From the NCBI RefSeq assembly GCF_963921235.1, contig NC_086097.1:12524001-12588000 (forward strand): a DNA stretch of 64,000 bases, written 5' to 3'. The position numbers were made by a program, and so were the translations under genes. Shown piece after piece: positions 1 to 13,301 of the stretch (positions within the stretch are counted from its first letter, which is position 1; each line of letters starts with the position of its first letter). The notes under the pieces were generated by a model. The model worked only from the letters and a program-made list of their open reading frames with translations, was not told where the DNA came from and ran no database searches. This DNA comes from Mobula hypostoma. Its lineage: Eukaryota.

Positions 1-206
1 TGTAGAAAAATTTGCCATGAACTATGATGGTTATGGACGACAATGATCGTCCATGTTGTACAACATGGCACATAACGAACGACCGAATGCAATATAGCTA
101 TATCTGAATTGGTATACTGTTCTCTATTGGTGACAGAAAGGAAGAGTTATTCCCTCCAATGTTCCTGACAGTTTGTCCATATGCCTATCTGATGTGACAT
201 TATCAT

Positions 207-745
207 GATTATTATGATTATGATTTTGAGGACACGCAGTCCCTTTTTATTGTCATTTAGTAATGCATGCATTAAGAGATGATAAAAATGTTTTTCCAGA
301 ATGATATCACGAAAACACATGACAAACCGACTTAAAAACTAACAAAAACCACATAATTATAACATATAGTTACAACAGTGCAAAGCAATACTGTAATTTG
401 ATAAGAACAGACCATGGCACAGTAAAAGTCTCAGAGTCTCTCGAAGTCCCATCATCTTATGCAGACGGTAAACCCCCAGCACCACCAACTTGCCGATGCA
501 GCATCCCGGAAGCATCCGACCACAGTCTGACTCCAAGTCCGTCGGAAAACTCCGAGCCTCCGACCACCTATTCAACACCGAGCACCGAGCACCGTCTCTG
601 CCGAGCGTTTCGACCCCAGCCCCGGCAACAGGCGATACGCAAAGCCGAGGATTTGGGGCCTACGTCTCCGGAGATTCTCAATCGCACAGTAGCAGCAGCA
701 GCGAAGCAGGCATTTTAGATGTTGCTCTAAATGTTCCTCTGCGCT
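207..745 (-). repeat. Probable non-LTR/SINE-like repeat with (ATCATA)n-type tail, family unassigned
   Basis: (GATTAT)n run at ~207-224 followed by TTTATT (AATAAA on minus); GC-richer body; overlapping + ORFs look spurious. Confidence 0.4.
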
Positions 746-842
746 TTCACGGCTGTCCCCATCAAACCCGGATGGATTATCTCCATCCTGTCATTTGGAA
801 TTGGCTACCTGTTCCAACTTGTAAAAAAGACTCCCCGGATAA

Positions 843-1500
843 CCAGAATCAGAATCAAAATCAGGTTTAATATCACCAGAATATGTCATGAAATTTGTTG
901 CCTTTGCAACAGCAATACAATACATACATTATAATAGAAATTTTAAAAACCGTGAATTAATGTATATACATTAATTAGTTAAGTTATATAATTAATGTGA
1001 AATAAAAATAAAAGTGTTGAGGTAGTGTTCACGAGTCAATGCCCATTCAGAGGGGAAGAAATTGTTCCTGAATCACTGAGTGTGTGCCTTCAGGCTTCTG
1101 TACTTCCATCCTGATGGTAGCAATGAGAAGGGGGCATGACGTGGGTGATGGAGGTTGCCTTTTTGAGGCATCACTCCTTGAAGGTGTCCTGGTTACTATG
1201 GAGGCTAGTGCCCGTGATGGAGCTGACAAAGTTGACAACCCTCTGCAGCTCAGTTTGATCCTTTGCAGTAGCCCCCCTCCACTCCATACCAGATGGTGAT
1301 ACAGCCAGTTAGAATTCACTCCGTAGTTCATCTGTAGAAATTTGTGAGTGTCATTGGTGACGTACCAAATCTCCTCAAACTCCTAATGAAATATAGCTGT
1401 AGTCATGCCTCCTTTGTAACTGCATCAATATGTTGGGTCCAGGATAGAGCCTCTGAGATAGCGATCCTCAGGATCTTGAAATTATTCACTCTTCCCATTT
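843..1500 (-). mobile_element. 3' fragment of a Rex1/Babar- or L2-like LINE
   Basis: (GAATCA)n tail at 845-863; minus-strand remnants 'FKILRIAISEALSWTQHIDAVTKEA'; same family recurs many times in the window. Confidence 0.75.
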
Positions 1501-2121
1501 CTGATACATCTAAGAGATCACTCCAGGGAAAGTTATCTCCAAATATCAGCTCCAACAGTCCAGTTGGAGAAAAGGAAAAAAAGAAATTATTGTTCTCATT
1601 AAGAAGAGGAATCACCAGATTTTGTCATTTCCCTGAATTTGCATATTTTATTTCTCACTTTTGCTTTCCACTAATGGCTTTTGAAAGAAGTGCCTTTTTC
1701 CAATCCTGTCAACTGAGTGACCCTTCCCAACCAGACTTGAATCAGGTAGTCCTGAGAAATGATCTCGGATTCTAATTCTCTTTATCATGGTCTCCTGTTG
1801 TGTCTAAAAAGGCCAATGAGGTAGATTTGAAAATTAGATGGAAATAGATATAGGAGACAGTTGATGCCATATTTAAGGAGATCGGACTAAATTAATGTAG
1901 TAATGGACCATCCATCATTGTTATTGGACTTGCTCTCATTTGCGTGAGCAAAACTGGTTAAAGATGAGACATGTTGCAAATGTCAGTGAACGGTTGGCAT
2001 TTTAGTGCATATCCTATGGGCAATTGTTCAGAAATATGAAGATTGCGAAAATAGAATTAAGACTAATGTCTTTATGAAATCTTTGATATTCAGATTCACC
2101 TAGAATCATGCTTAATGCTTG

Positions 2122-2428
2122 TAGGGCATGCCCCCTTCTCATCGCTACCTTCAGGGAGGAGGTAAAGGAGTTTGAAGGCACACACTCAGCATTTTAGGAA
2201 CCGCTTGTTCCCCTGCCTCATCAGATTTTTGAATGGACATTGAACCCATGAACTCTACCTCGCTACTATTTTCTTTTTTTTAACTCCTTTTTTTTACTAC
2301 TTATTCAATTCAAGTTTTATGTATATCTCTTGTTGAAATTTAGTTTTTTATTATTACGTATTGCAATGTATTGCTGCTGCGAAACAACATTTCATGACAT
2401 ATGTCAGTGATATTAAATCTGATTCTGA
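2122..2428 (+). mobile_element. 3' end of the same Rex/L2-like LINE family
   Basis: Matches 843-1150 in reverse; ends ATTAAATCTGATTCTGA. Confidence 0.7.
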
Positions 2429-2747
2429 GGTGGTTTTAATGATCCCTCATTCTTTCCTAAAGTAATGTGAAGATAGTTGTTAACCCTTTCCATTCTGCAT
2501 TTAAAGGAACCTCGTCAGCATTGGGATTCACTCAACCCCCATACTTCGGAAGCATGTACGGTAATTCTGCTCAGTCCACTGAATTGCCATGTATTTTGGG
2601 CTTATACCTTGCCAAGATATAAATCTCTAAGATACTGCAAAGATATAAACTGCAAGAAAATGAATCTCAAGGTAGTATACGGTGACATATATGGACTTTG
2701 AAATACAAAGTGAAAAGAAACTCAATAAAGAGGTGAGCTGAATCTTA

Positions 2748-3710
2748 TTCAGAATCAGAGTCAGGTTTAATATCACTGCCATGTGTCATGAAAGTTGTTG
2801 TTTTGTGGCAGCAATACTTTGCAATACATAATAACAAAAAACTGTAAATTACAATAAGTAATACAGTAATTGCTGTTGTGTGCTGGGGCAGCAGGCTGAG
2901 GGTAGCAGACACCAACAGAATCAACAAACTCACTCGTAAGGCCAGTGATGTTGTGGGGATGGAACTGGACTCTCTGACGGTGGTGTCTGAGAAGAGGATG
3001 CTGTCCAAGTTGCATGCCATCTTGGACAATGTCTCCCATCCACTACATAATGTACTGGGTGGGCACAGGAGTACATTCAGCCAGAGACTCATTCCACCGA
3101 GATGCAGCACAGAGCGTCATAGGAAGTCATTCCTGCCTGTGGCCATCAAACTTTACAACTCCTCCCTTGGAGGGTCAGACACCCTGAGCCAATAGACTGG
3201 TCTTGGACTTATTTCCTAGCATAATTTACATATTACTATTTAACTATTTATGGTTTTATTACTATTTAATTATTTATGGTGCAACTGTAACGAAAACCAA
3301 TTTCCCCCGGGATCAATAAAGTATGACTATGACTATGACTAAGTATATAGACAAACAAATTAAAGTAATAAGTGCAAAAAAAGAGAAAAAATGTAGTGAG
3401 GTAGTGTTCATGGGTTCATTGTCCATACAGAAATCTGATGGTGGAGAGGAAGAAGCTGTTCCTAAACTGTTGAGTTTGTGTCTTCAGGCTCCTGTACTTC
3501 CTCCTTGATGGTAGCGATGAGATGAGGGCTTGTCCAAGGTGATGGGTGTCCTTAGTGATGGATGCTGCCTTTTTGAGGCATTGCCTTTTGAAGGTGTCCT
3601 TGTTGTTGGGGAGGCTGGTACCCATGATGAAGTTGGCTGAGTTTATATTTACTACAACTTTTTCCAATCTTGTGCAGTGGCTCCTCTATACCATATATTG
3701 ATGCAACCAG
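2748..3710 (-). mobile_element. Rex/L2-like LINE 3' fragment interrupted by the 2871-3340 insertion
   Basis: (GAATCA) tail at ~2750; ORF 3416-3667 'CLKKAASITKDTHHLGQALISSLPSRRKYRSLKTQTQQFRNSFF'. Confidence 0.7.
2871..3340 (+). mobile_element. 5'-truncated Rex1/Babar-like LINE, open C-terminal frame
   Basis: ORF 2878-3195 '...ILDNVSHPLH...PRCSTERHRKSFLPVAIKLYN'; AATAAA then (TATGAC)3 tail. Confidence 0.8.
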
Positions 3711-4386
3711 TATATAGTGACATGTATGCACTTTAACAATAAATTTATTTTGAACTTTGAAATATAAAGTGAAAAGAAGCTCTGTGAAAATGTGGGCATT
3801 TTTATTGAGTGATTCCTTTGATGTGACTAACTTTACTTCTGAATCTTATTCTCATCTAATGAACTTTCTGAACCATTGACATCATACATGGACAGCAGGA
3901 ACTCTCCAGTAGTTCAACGTGTCCTTAATTCATATATGAACTACAGGCAGGAGTACAACCATGCAGGAGGGGTTGAATATAAATCTATCCCGAGCTTTCT
4001 GCACCTTCTATATATCTAGAATGGGTGATAGAGCAAATCTCAAGAGTCTGAACTCTGGACAACTCTCCAGAGTTACTAAGATCATTTGTTAATTCTTTGC
4101 ATCTTTCAGAAAATCCTGAAAAATAGGCTTAAGACACTTCAGGATCTTGTTCAAAAACAATGGAAAACACAAAGCAAAACCTGACAGACAAGTTACCTTA
4201 ACATCTCAGAAAATCTCAGCAGCTATTCTTTTAAACTATTATATTAAGTTATAGTGGGGTAAATAGAAAAAAGTCAAAGTAATTAGGCAAAGACAACACA
4301 AAAGAGAAATCATATTTGACTAATTTATTGTAATTCATTGAAGAAGTCATGTGCTCTGTCAGGAAAGGGAAACAGATGGATACTTA

Positions 4387-5038
4387 TGTTGGCCATGGTG
4401 AATATAAGATATGGAAGAAAACGTTGAACTCAGATGGGTCAAGGAAGTTTCCAAGGAAGTTATTTGTGAGGCGTTTTTTGATATAACATAACATACATGT
4501 TTGTGAATGTCGGGTTAGTGCCTGCCTGGGGTGATTCGAGCTGGTTACTGAAGAGAACAAAGAGCTATAAATTACCAATTGTTGATTACTGGGAAGAAGG
4601 CAATAGATGGATGCTGGTCTGGAGCAGAGCCAATAAAAAGATGTTAAAGGTCAATCAGATGACCTACAGCCAAAGACACTGGAATGCAAAACCTTAATTG
4701 GTAAGGAAAGAGTATAGAAGTGGACACTTTGAGTGTGCTATCTGTGATAACCCTCTCAAGAGATCCACCATTGCAAGGAAGAACCCCTATGCCAAGTGTA
4801 GGGCAAAGAAAGGACCGATCATCTGGCCAACGGAGATCCCCTATTTTGGTGTTGTAAACTGGAAAAGTTGTCTGAGTGTTTATTGGTACAGAGGAAACAG
4901 AAGAAGTCATGTTCTAAGCTGATGGCCTGGGGTCAATATAGTTACATTGTTGTTTGTACAGAGACAAGTGCAAGATTTGATTAATTACAAGTTGCATAGT
5001 GAATGTCCTAACCTAGTTCCACTGACGAACGGTCAACA
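4387..5038. mobile_element. Solo LTR, 652 bp
   Basis: Termini TGTTGGCC...GGTCAACA (7/8 inverted); TSD CTTA at 4383-4386 and 5039-5042. Confidence 0.8.
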
Positions 5039-5319
5039 CTTAGAAAGCTTTTGATCAACGATTACTACAGAAAATAAAAATATATATCTCAGTGTAGTAG
5101 GCAACATATTGGCATGGATGGAAGATCAGTACTTTTCTGGCCGGCAAGCTATAATAAGTGGCGTGCAACATCGGTCAGCGCTGGGGAATCAGATTTTTAG
5201 AATTTATATAAAGGACTTGGATGAAGACAGAAGATGTCAATTTTACTAAGAATGCAAAGATAGCTAAGAAATAAGTTTGGAAGAGGATGTAAGGAAGCTA
5301 CAAAGGGATGTGAGCATAT

Positions 5320-5450
5320 TAGACACAGGAGATTCTGTAGATGATGAGAACCACAGCAACACACACAAAATTCTGGAGGAACTCAGCAGGTTGGGCAGCA
5401 CCTGTAGAGAGGAGTAAACAGTCAATAGCTCGGGTGAATTTCCTTCATTA
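5320..5450 (-). mobile_element. Penelope-derived terminal repeat fragment
   Basis: ACACACAAAATTCTGGAGGAACTCAGCAGG motif shared with ~34175, ~52437 and (reverse) ~24370. Confidence 0.6.
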
Positions 5451-5673
5451 AAATTAGAATCAGATTTAGTATTGGATATGTTAAGTCAGGAAGCAAACAT
5501 TTGGTAAATAGAATATAATGTCGGGAAATGTGAAATAGCCTACTCTGGTGAGTGTAACTGTCTCAGAGACACGTTTCATTGAGATGTTTATTTTGTATGT
5601 TTTTGTCATAAATTCATGATTTTTTTTTATCTTAAAATACTGTTTGATTAAAAATGTTGTGCTTTTTATGTAA

Positions 5674-6490
5674 ACCAGGCATGGGAGGCTTTGAATGCTT
5701 GGTATGGCCACCCTTTTGTAATCCAGCGCACATTTAGAGAAAAACTGAATAACTGGCCAAAGATTGGCTCAGGGGAGTCAGTTGAACTGGGAAAATTCAG
5801 TGATTTTCTGACAGCCTGCAGCAATATCATGCCATATATCAAAGGGCTTTAGGTGTTAAATGACCGTGAAGAGAATCAAAAGGTACTCCAAAAACTCCCT
5901 GATTGGGTGACCTCTTGCTGGAATCGTCATGTCACAAAGCAGTTGCGACAAACGGAGAAATTCCCTGATTTCAAGGAGCTTGCTGATTTTGTGGCACAAG
6001 AAGCAGAAATCGCAGGCAATCCTGTAACATCCTTTCATGCCTTGAAGCCTACTGAAGAAAAGTCATCTAGAGACATGAAGCGCACAAAGGCTAACGCGTT
6101 CATTACAAACGTGAAAGCGTGGGATAAATCAACTACAGTGATGGAAACATACAGTGCCGTGGAGCTCAAAGGATTCAAACAGATCCAAGAAGGTAAACCC
6201 GTTATTTTCATCTTCAGACCTAATCACATGCATGTGCTGTGGGGAAAGCCATTCCATCCGCAAATGCCAGAAGCTCACCAATAAGCCTGTGGAGGACAAG
6301 AGAAGGTTCATATTGGACAATAGCCTGTGCTTTGGCTGTCTTAGGATTGTAAGAGTAAAGCTACTTGTGGCATATGTAAGAAGCATCATCCAACACCACT
6401 TCATGAAGACCGTCCTTCTGCTGCAGCAGACGCATTTTCTCATGTTATACAAGCGGAAGAAAGCACATCTTCCCTTTCTTGCTGCGTAAA
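5674..6490 (+). pseudogene. BEL/Pao gag remnant
   Basis: 'FREKLNNWPKIG', 'LQKLPDWVTSCWNR', Cys/His knuckles 'CMCCGESHSIRKC' and 'LCFGCLR'; stops and frameshifts. Confidence 0.8.
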
Positions 6491-6515
6491 CAGGGGCGAT
6501 GGTGGGAGTACGTCC

Positions 6516-9500
6516 ATGATAGTGCCTGTATGGATTTCTTCAATCACCACCCCGAAAGCAGAGACCGTAGTGTATGCCCTACTGGATACACAGAGCAGCA
6601 ACACTTGTGTAGACCAAGAGGTATGTGAGAAGATGGGGGCAGGATCAGAGCCAGTCAAGTTAAAGCTTATCACTATGATGGGAAAAGATTCCATTGTTCA
6701 GAGTGGAAGGGTTAGTGGGCTCAGAGTTGGAGGGTTTTCCTCGCAAAGTTTCATCAACTTGCCACCTGCCTATACCAGAGATTTCATCCCACTCGAACAT
6801 TCCCAAATTCCTACCCCTGAAACGGCCGAAAGGTGGAAACATCTGAATGGAATAGCACGGGAAATACCAGAGCTGATGGATTGTGAGGTAGGACTCCTGA
6901 TAGGCTACGACTGCGCGAGAGCGTTGGCACCACGACACATCATCACAGGAGGTGACAATGAGCCGTATGCCATCAAGACTGACTTGGGTTGGAGCACTGT
7001 CGGCAGCTCACCATGGGTCGCAAAGTCAACAGAAGTGACAGGTCTGTGCCATCACGTATCTATCAAGGAACTTCCACCATTGACACCAGCCACTGTCATT
7101 AGAGCCCTTAAATCAGACTTCAGAGATACAAACCCTGGGGAAAAGAGCATATCACAAGCTGACGTACAGTACATGCAATTACTGAATGAAAGAATACACC
7201 AGAATGCACCTGGAAATGCCCCTCCCTTTTAAGATACACCCTCAACTGCCAGAAAATAAGTGGCTGGCTCTGGAGCAGCTGAAGCACCTGAAAGGGAAAC
7301 TTGAGAAAAATCCCAAATTCAAGGATGACTACGTTAATGTAATGTTCCGTTATATTGGCTCGTGTATGTCTAGGGGAAATCCAGCCCAGCACCCGCCTCA
7401 ACACTCCCCACAGGGTCGGTCGCCGCCTGAATCAATCACAACATCAATCATCAGCCAGCACACCCAGTAAATTTTAACAAATACACTTTATAGATATTAC
7501 TAATTCTATGATATTAATATACATTTGATACAGAGAGGAAAGTAATGAAAAAAAAGGCGCCAATACTTATCAAAGTCCGAAGTCCAAGTTCTTCGCACGC
7601 TACCGTTGGAGCTCAATTCGACTTCAGACGACCACCCGAATTCCGTCGACTCACGGCTCGGGACCACCCTTAGTGATCGACCGGAGCCTCTCCGCACGTC
7701 CGCGGTCTTCCTCGTCTCTCCTCCGACTACCCGCCAAAACTCAGTCCACAGTCATATCATACAGCATGGTATCCGAAAACAAAACGATACATAATCACCC
7801 ATTGGCTAATAGAACCCTGCTATCTCAATTTAAAGTAAAACAAACTGCTAGCGCAAACTCTCTTCAGCGTTAAAGCACAACAAAGCCGCATTCCCCAGAT
7901 TAACATAACAAAGTCGCCATTTTAAATGTAACAAAAGAAAGACCCCGTACATTAAATTTATGGAAGGTGTCTTCAAGGATGGTGATGTGGAGAGAGCTTA
8001 GATCAACCCAAAGCAGGAAATCTGTGGTATATTCCTCACTGAGGAGTCTATCACCCTAGAAAGCCAGGAAAAACTAGGGTTGTGTTCGCCTGCTCTGTTA
8101 AGTATAATGACACGGTTCTGAATGATCACTTACTAGCTGGACCTGATCTCACAAATGGGCTGACAGGAGTGCTCTGCAGATTCCGCAAACACCCAATCGC
8201 AGTCATCTGTGATGTAGAAAAAATGTTCCACAGGTTCCATGTAAGCCAAGAGAACAGAGATTACTTATGGTTCCTGTGGTGGGAAAATAGCGATACAAAT
8301 TCAGAGCCAAAAGAATATCGCATGAAGGTCCATCTTTTTGGAGCAGCATCCTTTCCTGACTGCACAAGTTATGGAATGAAGTATCTTGCGAGCCAAAATG
8401 AAAGAGTATCCAGCAGCAGCCAACTTCATCAGAAAAAATTTCTATGTCGGTGATGGCCTCATCAGTGTAGAATCTGTGGACACAGCCACCAAACTAGAGA
8501 GAGGAGCACAAAATATGTGTGCGAAAGGGAGATTACACCTCCACAAGTTCATCTCCAACAACAGAAAAGTCTTGGAGTCAATTCTGGACAGTGAACAAGC
8601 TAGTGGAGCTCAGAATGTGGATCTCAGTGATGATGAACTCCCAGTCCAGACCGTGTTCGGAGTAAAGTGGAGTGTGATCAGTGACACCTTCTCCTTTAAA
8701 GTCACCCTAGATGAGAAACCAGCAACACAGCGGGGAATCCTCTTGACTGTAGCCTTTGTGTTTGACTCATCCGGCTTTCTAGCTCCTTTCCTCCTATTAG
8801 GAAAGAAAGTACTACAGGAAATGTGCCAAAAGGGCATTGGATAGGACGAACAACTGCCTGGAGAATTAAAGCTACGATGGGAGAGCTGGCTGAATGGTCT
8901 AAAGAATCTGCAACAACTCCAGATTCCAAGATGCTTTGCTCCTGAAAACCTAGGGAAGGTCCAGAGAATTGAATGGCATCACTTTTTGGATGCCAGTAGT
9001 ACGGTCAATTCTCATATATCCGAGTACTGAATGAAGACAAAGTGCATTGCTCCCTAGTCATAGGTAAGGCAAGGGTTGTACCCACAAGAGTTGTAACCAT
9101 ACCAAGGCTGGAGTTAATGGTTGTAGTGGTCTCCTCAGCAGTCAGCAGTATACTAAAGGAGGAGCTGGATCTCAAAATTGACCAAGAGTATTTTTGGACA
9201 GATTCCCAGGAAGTCTTGGGCTACATTAATAATGAAGTCCAAAGGTTTCACGTTTTCATTGCAAATCGAGTCCAAAGAATCAGAGAAGCAACTGATCCAG
9301 CACAGTAGTACTATATTGACACTGATCAAAATCCGGCAGATCACGCTTCCAAAGGTCTCAAGGTGGCAGAGCTGATTGGTACAAATCGGCTTACTGGACC
9401 CTAGTTTCTGTGGGGAAGAGAGATTGTCACATCACCGTCAACTCCAGAGCTTCTGGTGGGCGATCCTGAAGTCAAAACGATACAAGTGCTACAAACAAAG

Positions 9501-9863
9501 GTGGTAAAAGAGGACAATTTCTTGGAGAGACTTAAACGGTTCTCAAAATGGCATACGGCATTGAATGTGGTTGCCTGGATCCAGCAACTAGCAAAGACAG
9601 CCAAAACAGCAAAACCCATAAATGTCGAAGACAGAAAAAAGGCCAGTCTTTTGCTTGTATAATTGGCACAAAGGGGTGCTTTCAAAGAGGAAATGCGAAT
9701 ACTGAGTCATGGCAAACTGCCACACAGCCGTCCATTGTTCCAACTTGACCCAGTGTTGCAAGATGGTGTTCTCAGGGTGGGAGGGCGATTAAAGAAGGCT
9801 TCCTTACCTCTCGACTTGAAGCATCCAGTAATCCTACTAAAAGATGGTGTCATCCATTCTTGA
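6516..9863 (+). pseudogene. BEL/Pao pol remnant (aspartic protease, RT, RNase H); integrase core deleted
   Basis: 'YALLDTQS'; 'DVEKMFHRF', 'MKVHLFGA', 'NFYVGDG' (mutated YVDD); 'TIPRLEL', 'YFWTDSQ'; ends at 'HPVILLKDG' just before the integrase zinc finger would start. Confidence 0.9.
7338..7951 (-). mobile_element. Solo LTR, 614 bp, inserted in BEL pol
   Basis: TGTA...TACA termini; TSD TTAA at 7334-7337 and 7952-7955; removal restores K-D-D-Y-V-K-F-M-E-G; orientation tentative. Confidence 0.8.
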
Positions 9864-10609
9864 ATGTTCTATTCATAAATTAGTTGTACTTGTAGAGAAT
9901 AACTAAAATGTGTTCCAATAGAACTAATTTCTAAACACCTACCAGTGTGGAGAGTTTAAAGTATCAGTCTTGATCTCAGAGTTTGTTACAAATACCAATT
10001 ATTTGGTTCCAGAAATTACTAGATTTATTCAAATATTTGTATAAAGATTATCATAGATCATAGAAATTTGGTGGGAGTGTTTAAATTCCATGCAGAATAT
10101 TTTGGAGGATCAAGAACCAAGCCCACCAAGAACAGTCTCAGAGACACGTTTCATTGAGATGTTTATTTTGTATGGTTTTGTCATAAATTCATGATTTTTT
10201 AAATTTTAAAATAATGTTTGATTAAAAATTTTGTGCTTTTTATGTAAGGTTTTATTTAATATAAAGTGTAATGGGCCACATGACCAGAGTTTATTAAGAG
10301 CATGACTGTGGCATTATGGGTCAGAACCAACATGGAAGCAGGGAAAGACAATGGCCCTAAAATAACCTTATTCTGCACGTGGTCCAAGAGGTGCACACGG
10401 TAATTGTTTTTATTTGTTTTATATTGTGTATAATATTGTTGATGTGCCTTTACATGGACAGTATGATACGTTTTCAGTGATTTTATTTGATTTCAGCACA
10501 CTTCTGTTGTGCTGACGCGTTTTGGGGCCTGTTTATCGGCGGACACTAGCTTGATAGACTTTAAAAGACTGAGAGATGTATGTTTCAAACCTTTTATGTC
10601 TTTATTTTA

Positions 10610-11421
10610 GAAACATAGAAACATAGAAACATAGAAAATAGGTGCAGGAGTAGGCCATTCGGCCCTTCGAGCCTGCACCGCCATTTATTATGATCATGGC
10701 TGATCATCCAACTCAGAACCCAGCCTTCCCTCCATACCCCCTGACCCCTGTAGCCACAAGGGCCATATCTAACTTCCTTTTAAACATAGCTAATGAACTG
10801 GCCTCAACAGTTTGCTGTGGCAGAGAATTCCACAGATTCACCACTCTCTGTGTGAAGAAGTTTTTCCTAACCTCGGTCCTAAAAGGCTTCCCCTCTATCC
10901 TCAAACTGTGACCCCTCGTTCTAGACCTCCCCAACATCGGGAACAATCTTCCTGCATCTAGCCTGTCCAATCCCTTTAGGATCTTATACGTTTCAATCAG
11001 ATCCCCCCTCAATCTTCTAAATTCCAACACCGCTTTCCAAATGTGCTGTTATCACATCCTTGATAACTGACTCCAGCAGTTTCCCCACCACCGACGTTAG
11101 GCTAACCGGCCTATAATTCCCCGGTTTCTCTCTCCCTCCTTTTTTAAAAAGTGGGGTTACATTAGCCACCCTCCAATCCTCAGGAACTAGTCCAGAATCT
11201 AACGAGTTTTGAAAAATTATCACTAATGCATCCACTATTTCTTGGGCCACTTCCTTAAGCACTCTGGGATGCAGACCATCTGGCCCTGGGGATTTATCTG
11301 CCTTCAATCCCTTCAATTTACCTAACACCACTTCCCTACTAACATGTATTTCGCTCAGTTCCTCCATCTCACTGGACCCTCTGTCCCTTACTATTTCTGG
11401 AAGATTATTTATGTCCTCCTT
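10610..11421 (-). mobile_element. Young CR1 (family A), internally deleted, inside the BEL 3' LTR
   Basis: (AGAAACAT)n tail; ORFs 10713-11030 and 11017-11367 ('DKSPGPDGLHPRVLKE...NYRPVSLTS') joined at ~11029. Confidence 0.92.
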
Positions 11422-11925
11422 CTTGTAGTTTTCTCGGTATCTGGTGAAGAAAGAGAGAGAGAGAGATAAAAGTAAATCTTCAAGGACATCTGTATGATGC
11501 GTAGCCAGTGGACCAGTGTAGTTACAGTGAGAAAAATAAAAAAAAATACTGTCTGTTAGCTAAATGGTGAGAGATTGTGGAGAAATGAAATGAAAAAGTA
11601 TTCAGATGTGCATGATTTGCAACAGACTAGCAATTAGGAAAGATGTTAATTAAGTTTATTTATCGTAAGTGAATTGATTGTACAAGCAGGCAACAATCTG
11701 CTGGAAGAACTCTGCAGGTAGAGCAGCATCTGTGGGGAGAAAAGAATTATTGATATTTTAGGTCAAAACTCTGCATCAGGACTAGAAGGAGGGTTGTGCT
11801 TCAGGCACACAGGACATTATTGATACCTCGTCTGAAGTACGTATCAGAACCAGAGTCTGATTTATTAACCATGACCTATGATATGAAATTTATTGATCTG
11901 CAGTAGCAGTACAGCAAAAAGACTT

Positions 11926-12009
11926 ACACTCAGTGGTCACTTTAATAGGTACACCTCTGCACCTGCTTATTAACACAAATATTTGATCAGCCAATCATGT
12001 GGCAGCAAG
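11926..12009 (+). mobile_element. Tc1-like transposon terminal fragment
   Basis: TA then CACTCAGTGGTCACTTTAATAGGTACACC, resembling a common fish Tc1 terminus from memory. Confidence 0.6.
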
Positions 12010-12411
12010 AATAGTAGAACAATTTTCTAAAGATATAAACATGAACTTTAAACTAGTTATGTGCAGAACATTAAACATTAAGAAAGATGCAATCGAGCTA
12101 GTAGAATGTAAAACTGAGCAACGAGATACAATATAACCGGTGGATGAAAATGAAACATTTAGCTATCAACAAGCACAGAAGATAGATCACACAGCAATAA
12201 AGGGAAAACTTTTGGCAGAATATACTTCAAGGCTTAAGAAAATCTGTCAAACAGAGCTGAAAAGTAAAAAATATAACAAAGACAATGAACACTTTTGCTA
12301 CATCCATATTGACATACTCTTTTGGTATACTATCTTGGTCCGAAGCCAATGTGGAAAGTTTACAAAAAAAAGAAGAACTGGAATGACAAATTTTGGAAAA
12401 CACCATATTTC
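12010..12411 (+). pseudogene. R4/Dong-clade non-LTR RT/thumb fragment (piece 1)
   Basis: 'EYTSRLKKICQTELKSK' then frameshifted 'TMNTFATSILTYSFGILSW'. Confidence 0.7.
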
Positions 12412-12415
12412 TAAA

Positions 12416-12485
12416 CCAGGGGTTCTTCCACTTTTTTATGCCATGAACCTCACTGGCAGTCTGGTGAAGCCCGTCAACCCTTTCT
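12416..12485 (+). mobile_element. hAT/Charlie-like MITE, left part
   Basis: Starts CAGGGGTT..C; related to 18718-18797. Confidence 0.45.
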
Positions 12486-13056
12486 GTGGACACGAAGCAG
12501 TGTGCCAGTCATCCATGAGTGTCAGCGAGCAGAAGTGAATGCCATTGCTATTACAAAGGAAAAAGGGGAAGGCAAAATCAAAGGTCATAAGGTGGATAAG
12601 TCACCTGGACCAGATGGACTACATCCTGAGAGAGGGAGCTGACAAGATAACGAACGCATTAGTCATGATCTTTCAAGAATCACTGGATTCTAGCATGGCA
12701 CTGAAGGACTGGAAGATTACAAATGTCACTCCACTCTTTCAGAAGGGAGGAAGGCAAAAGAAAGGAAATTATAGGCTGGTTAGCCTTAACCTCAGTGGTT
12801 GGGAAAGTGTTGGAGTCTATTACTAAGGATGAAGTTTCAGGGTACTTGGAGACTAATGATAAAATAAGTCAAAGTCAGCATGTAAAGGGAAGCCTTGCCT
12901 GACAAATCAATTAGAGTTCTTCAAGGAAGTAACCATCAGAGTGGATAAAGGAGAGGCGGTGGATGTTATTTACTTGGATTTTCGGAACGCATTTGATAAT
13001 GCCACGCATGAGGCTGCTTCACAAAATAAAATCCCTATAGTGTTACAAGAAAGATA

Positions 13057-13301
13057 TTTAGCCAGAGGGTGGTGAATCTATGGAATTTGTTGCCACGGGT
13101 GGCAGTGGAGGCCCAGTCATTAGGTGTGTTTAAGGCAGAGATTGATAGGTATCTGAGTAGCCAGGGCATCAAAGGTTATGGTGAGAAGGCGGGGGAGTGG
13201 GACTAAATGGAAGAATGGATCAGCTCATGATAAAATGGCGGAGCAGACTCGATGGGCTGAATGGCCAACTTCTGCTCCTTTGTCTTATGGTCTTATGGTC
13301 T
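13057..13301 (+). mobile_element. Short CR1 3' fragment
   Basis: (CTTATGGT)n tail; TSD AAGATA at 13051-13056 and 13302-13307. Confidence 0.8.

Larger units (their letters stand above)
4240..5552 (+). mobile_element. Old degenerate CR1 RT fragment, host to the solo LTR and the BEL element; resumes at 11527
   Basis: KAFD-like codons at 5041-5056; 'EYNVGKCEI' before 5553 continues as 'KNKK..LNGERL' after 11531. Confidence 0.6.
5553..11526 (+). mobile_element. BEL/Pao LTR retrotransposon, internally deleted and non-functional
   Basis: TGTAAC...GTTACA termini; TSD GTGAG at 5548-5552 and 11527-11531; 5559-5673 repeated at 10134-10247; gag-PR-RT-RNaseH order. Confidence 0.92.

Noticed and set aside
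398..870. Ser/Pro-rich plus-strand ORFs
   Set aside because: They lie in a probable repeat and end in a LINE tail ('NQNQNQ'); no domain or splice support
7334..7955. piggyBac element suggested by the TTAA duplication
   Set aside because: Termini are TGTA/TACA rather than CC/GG with TIRs, which fits an LTR
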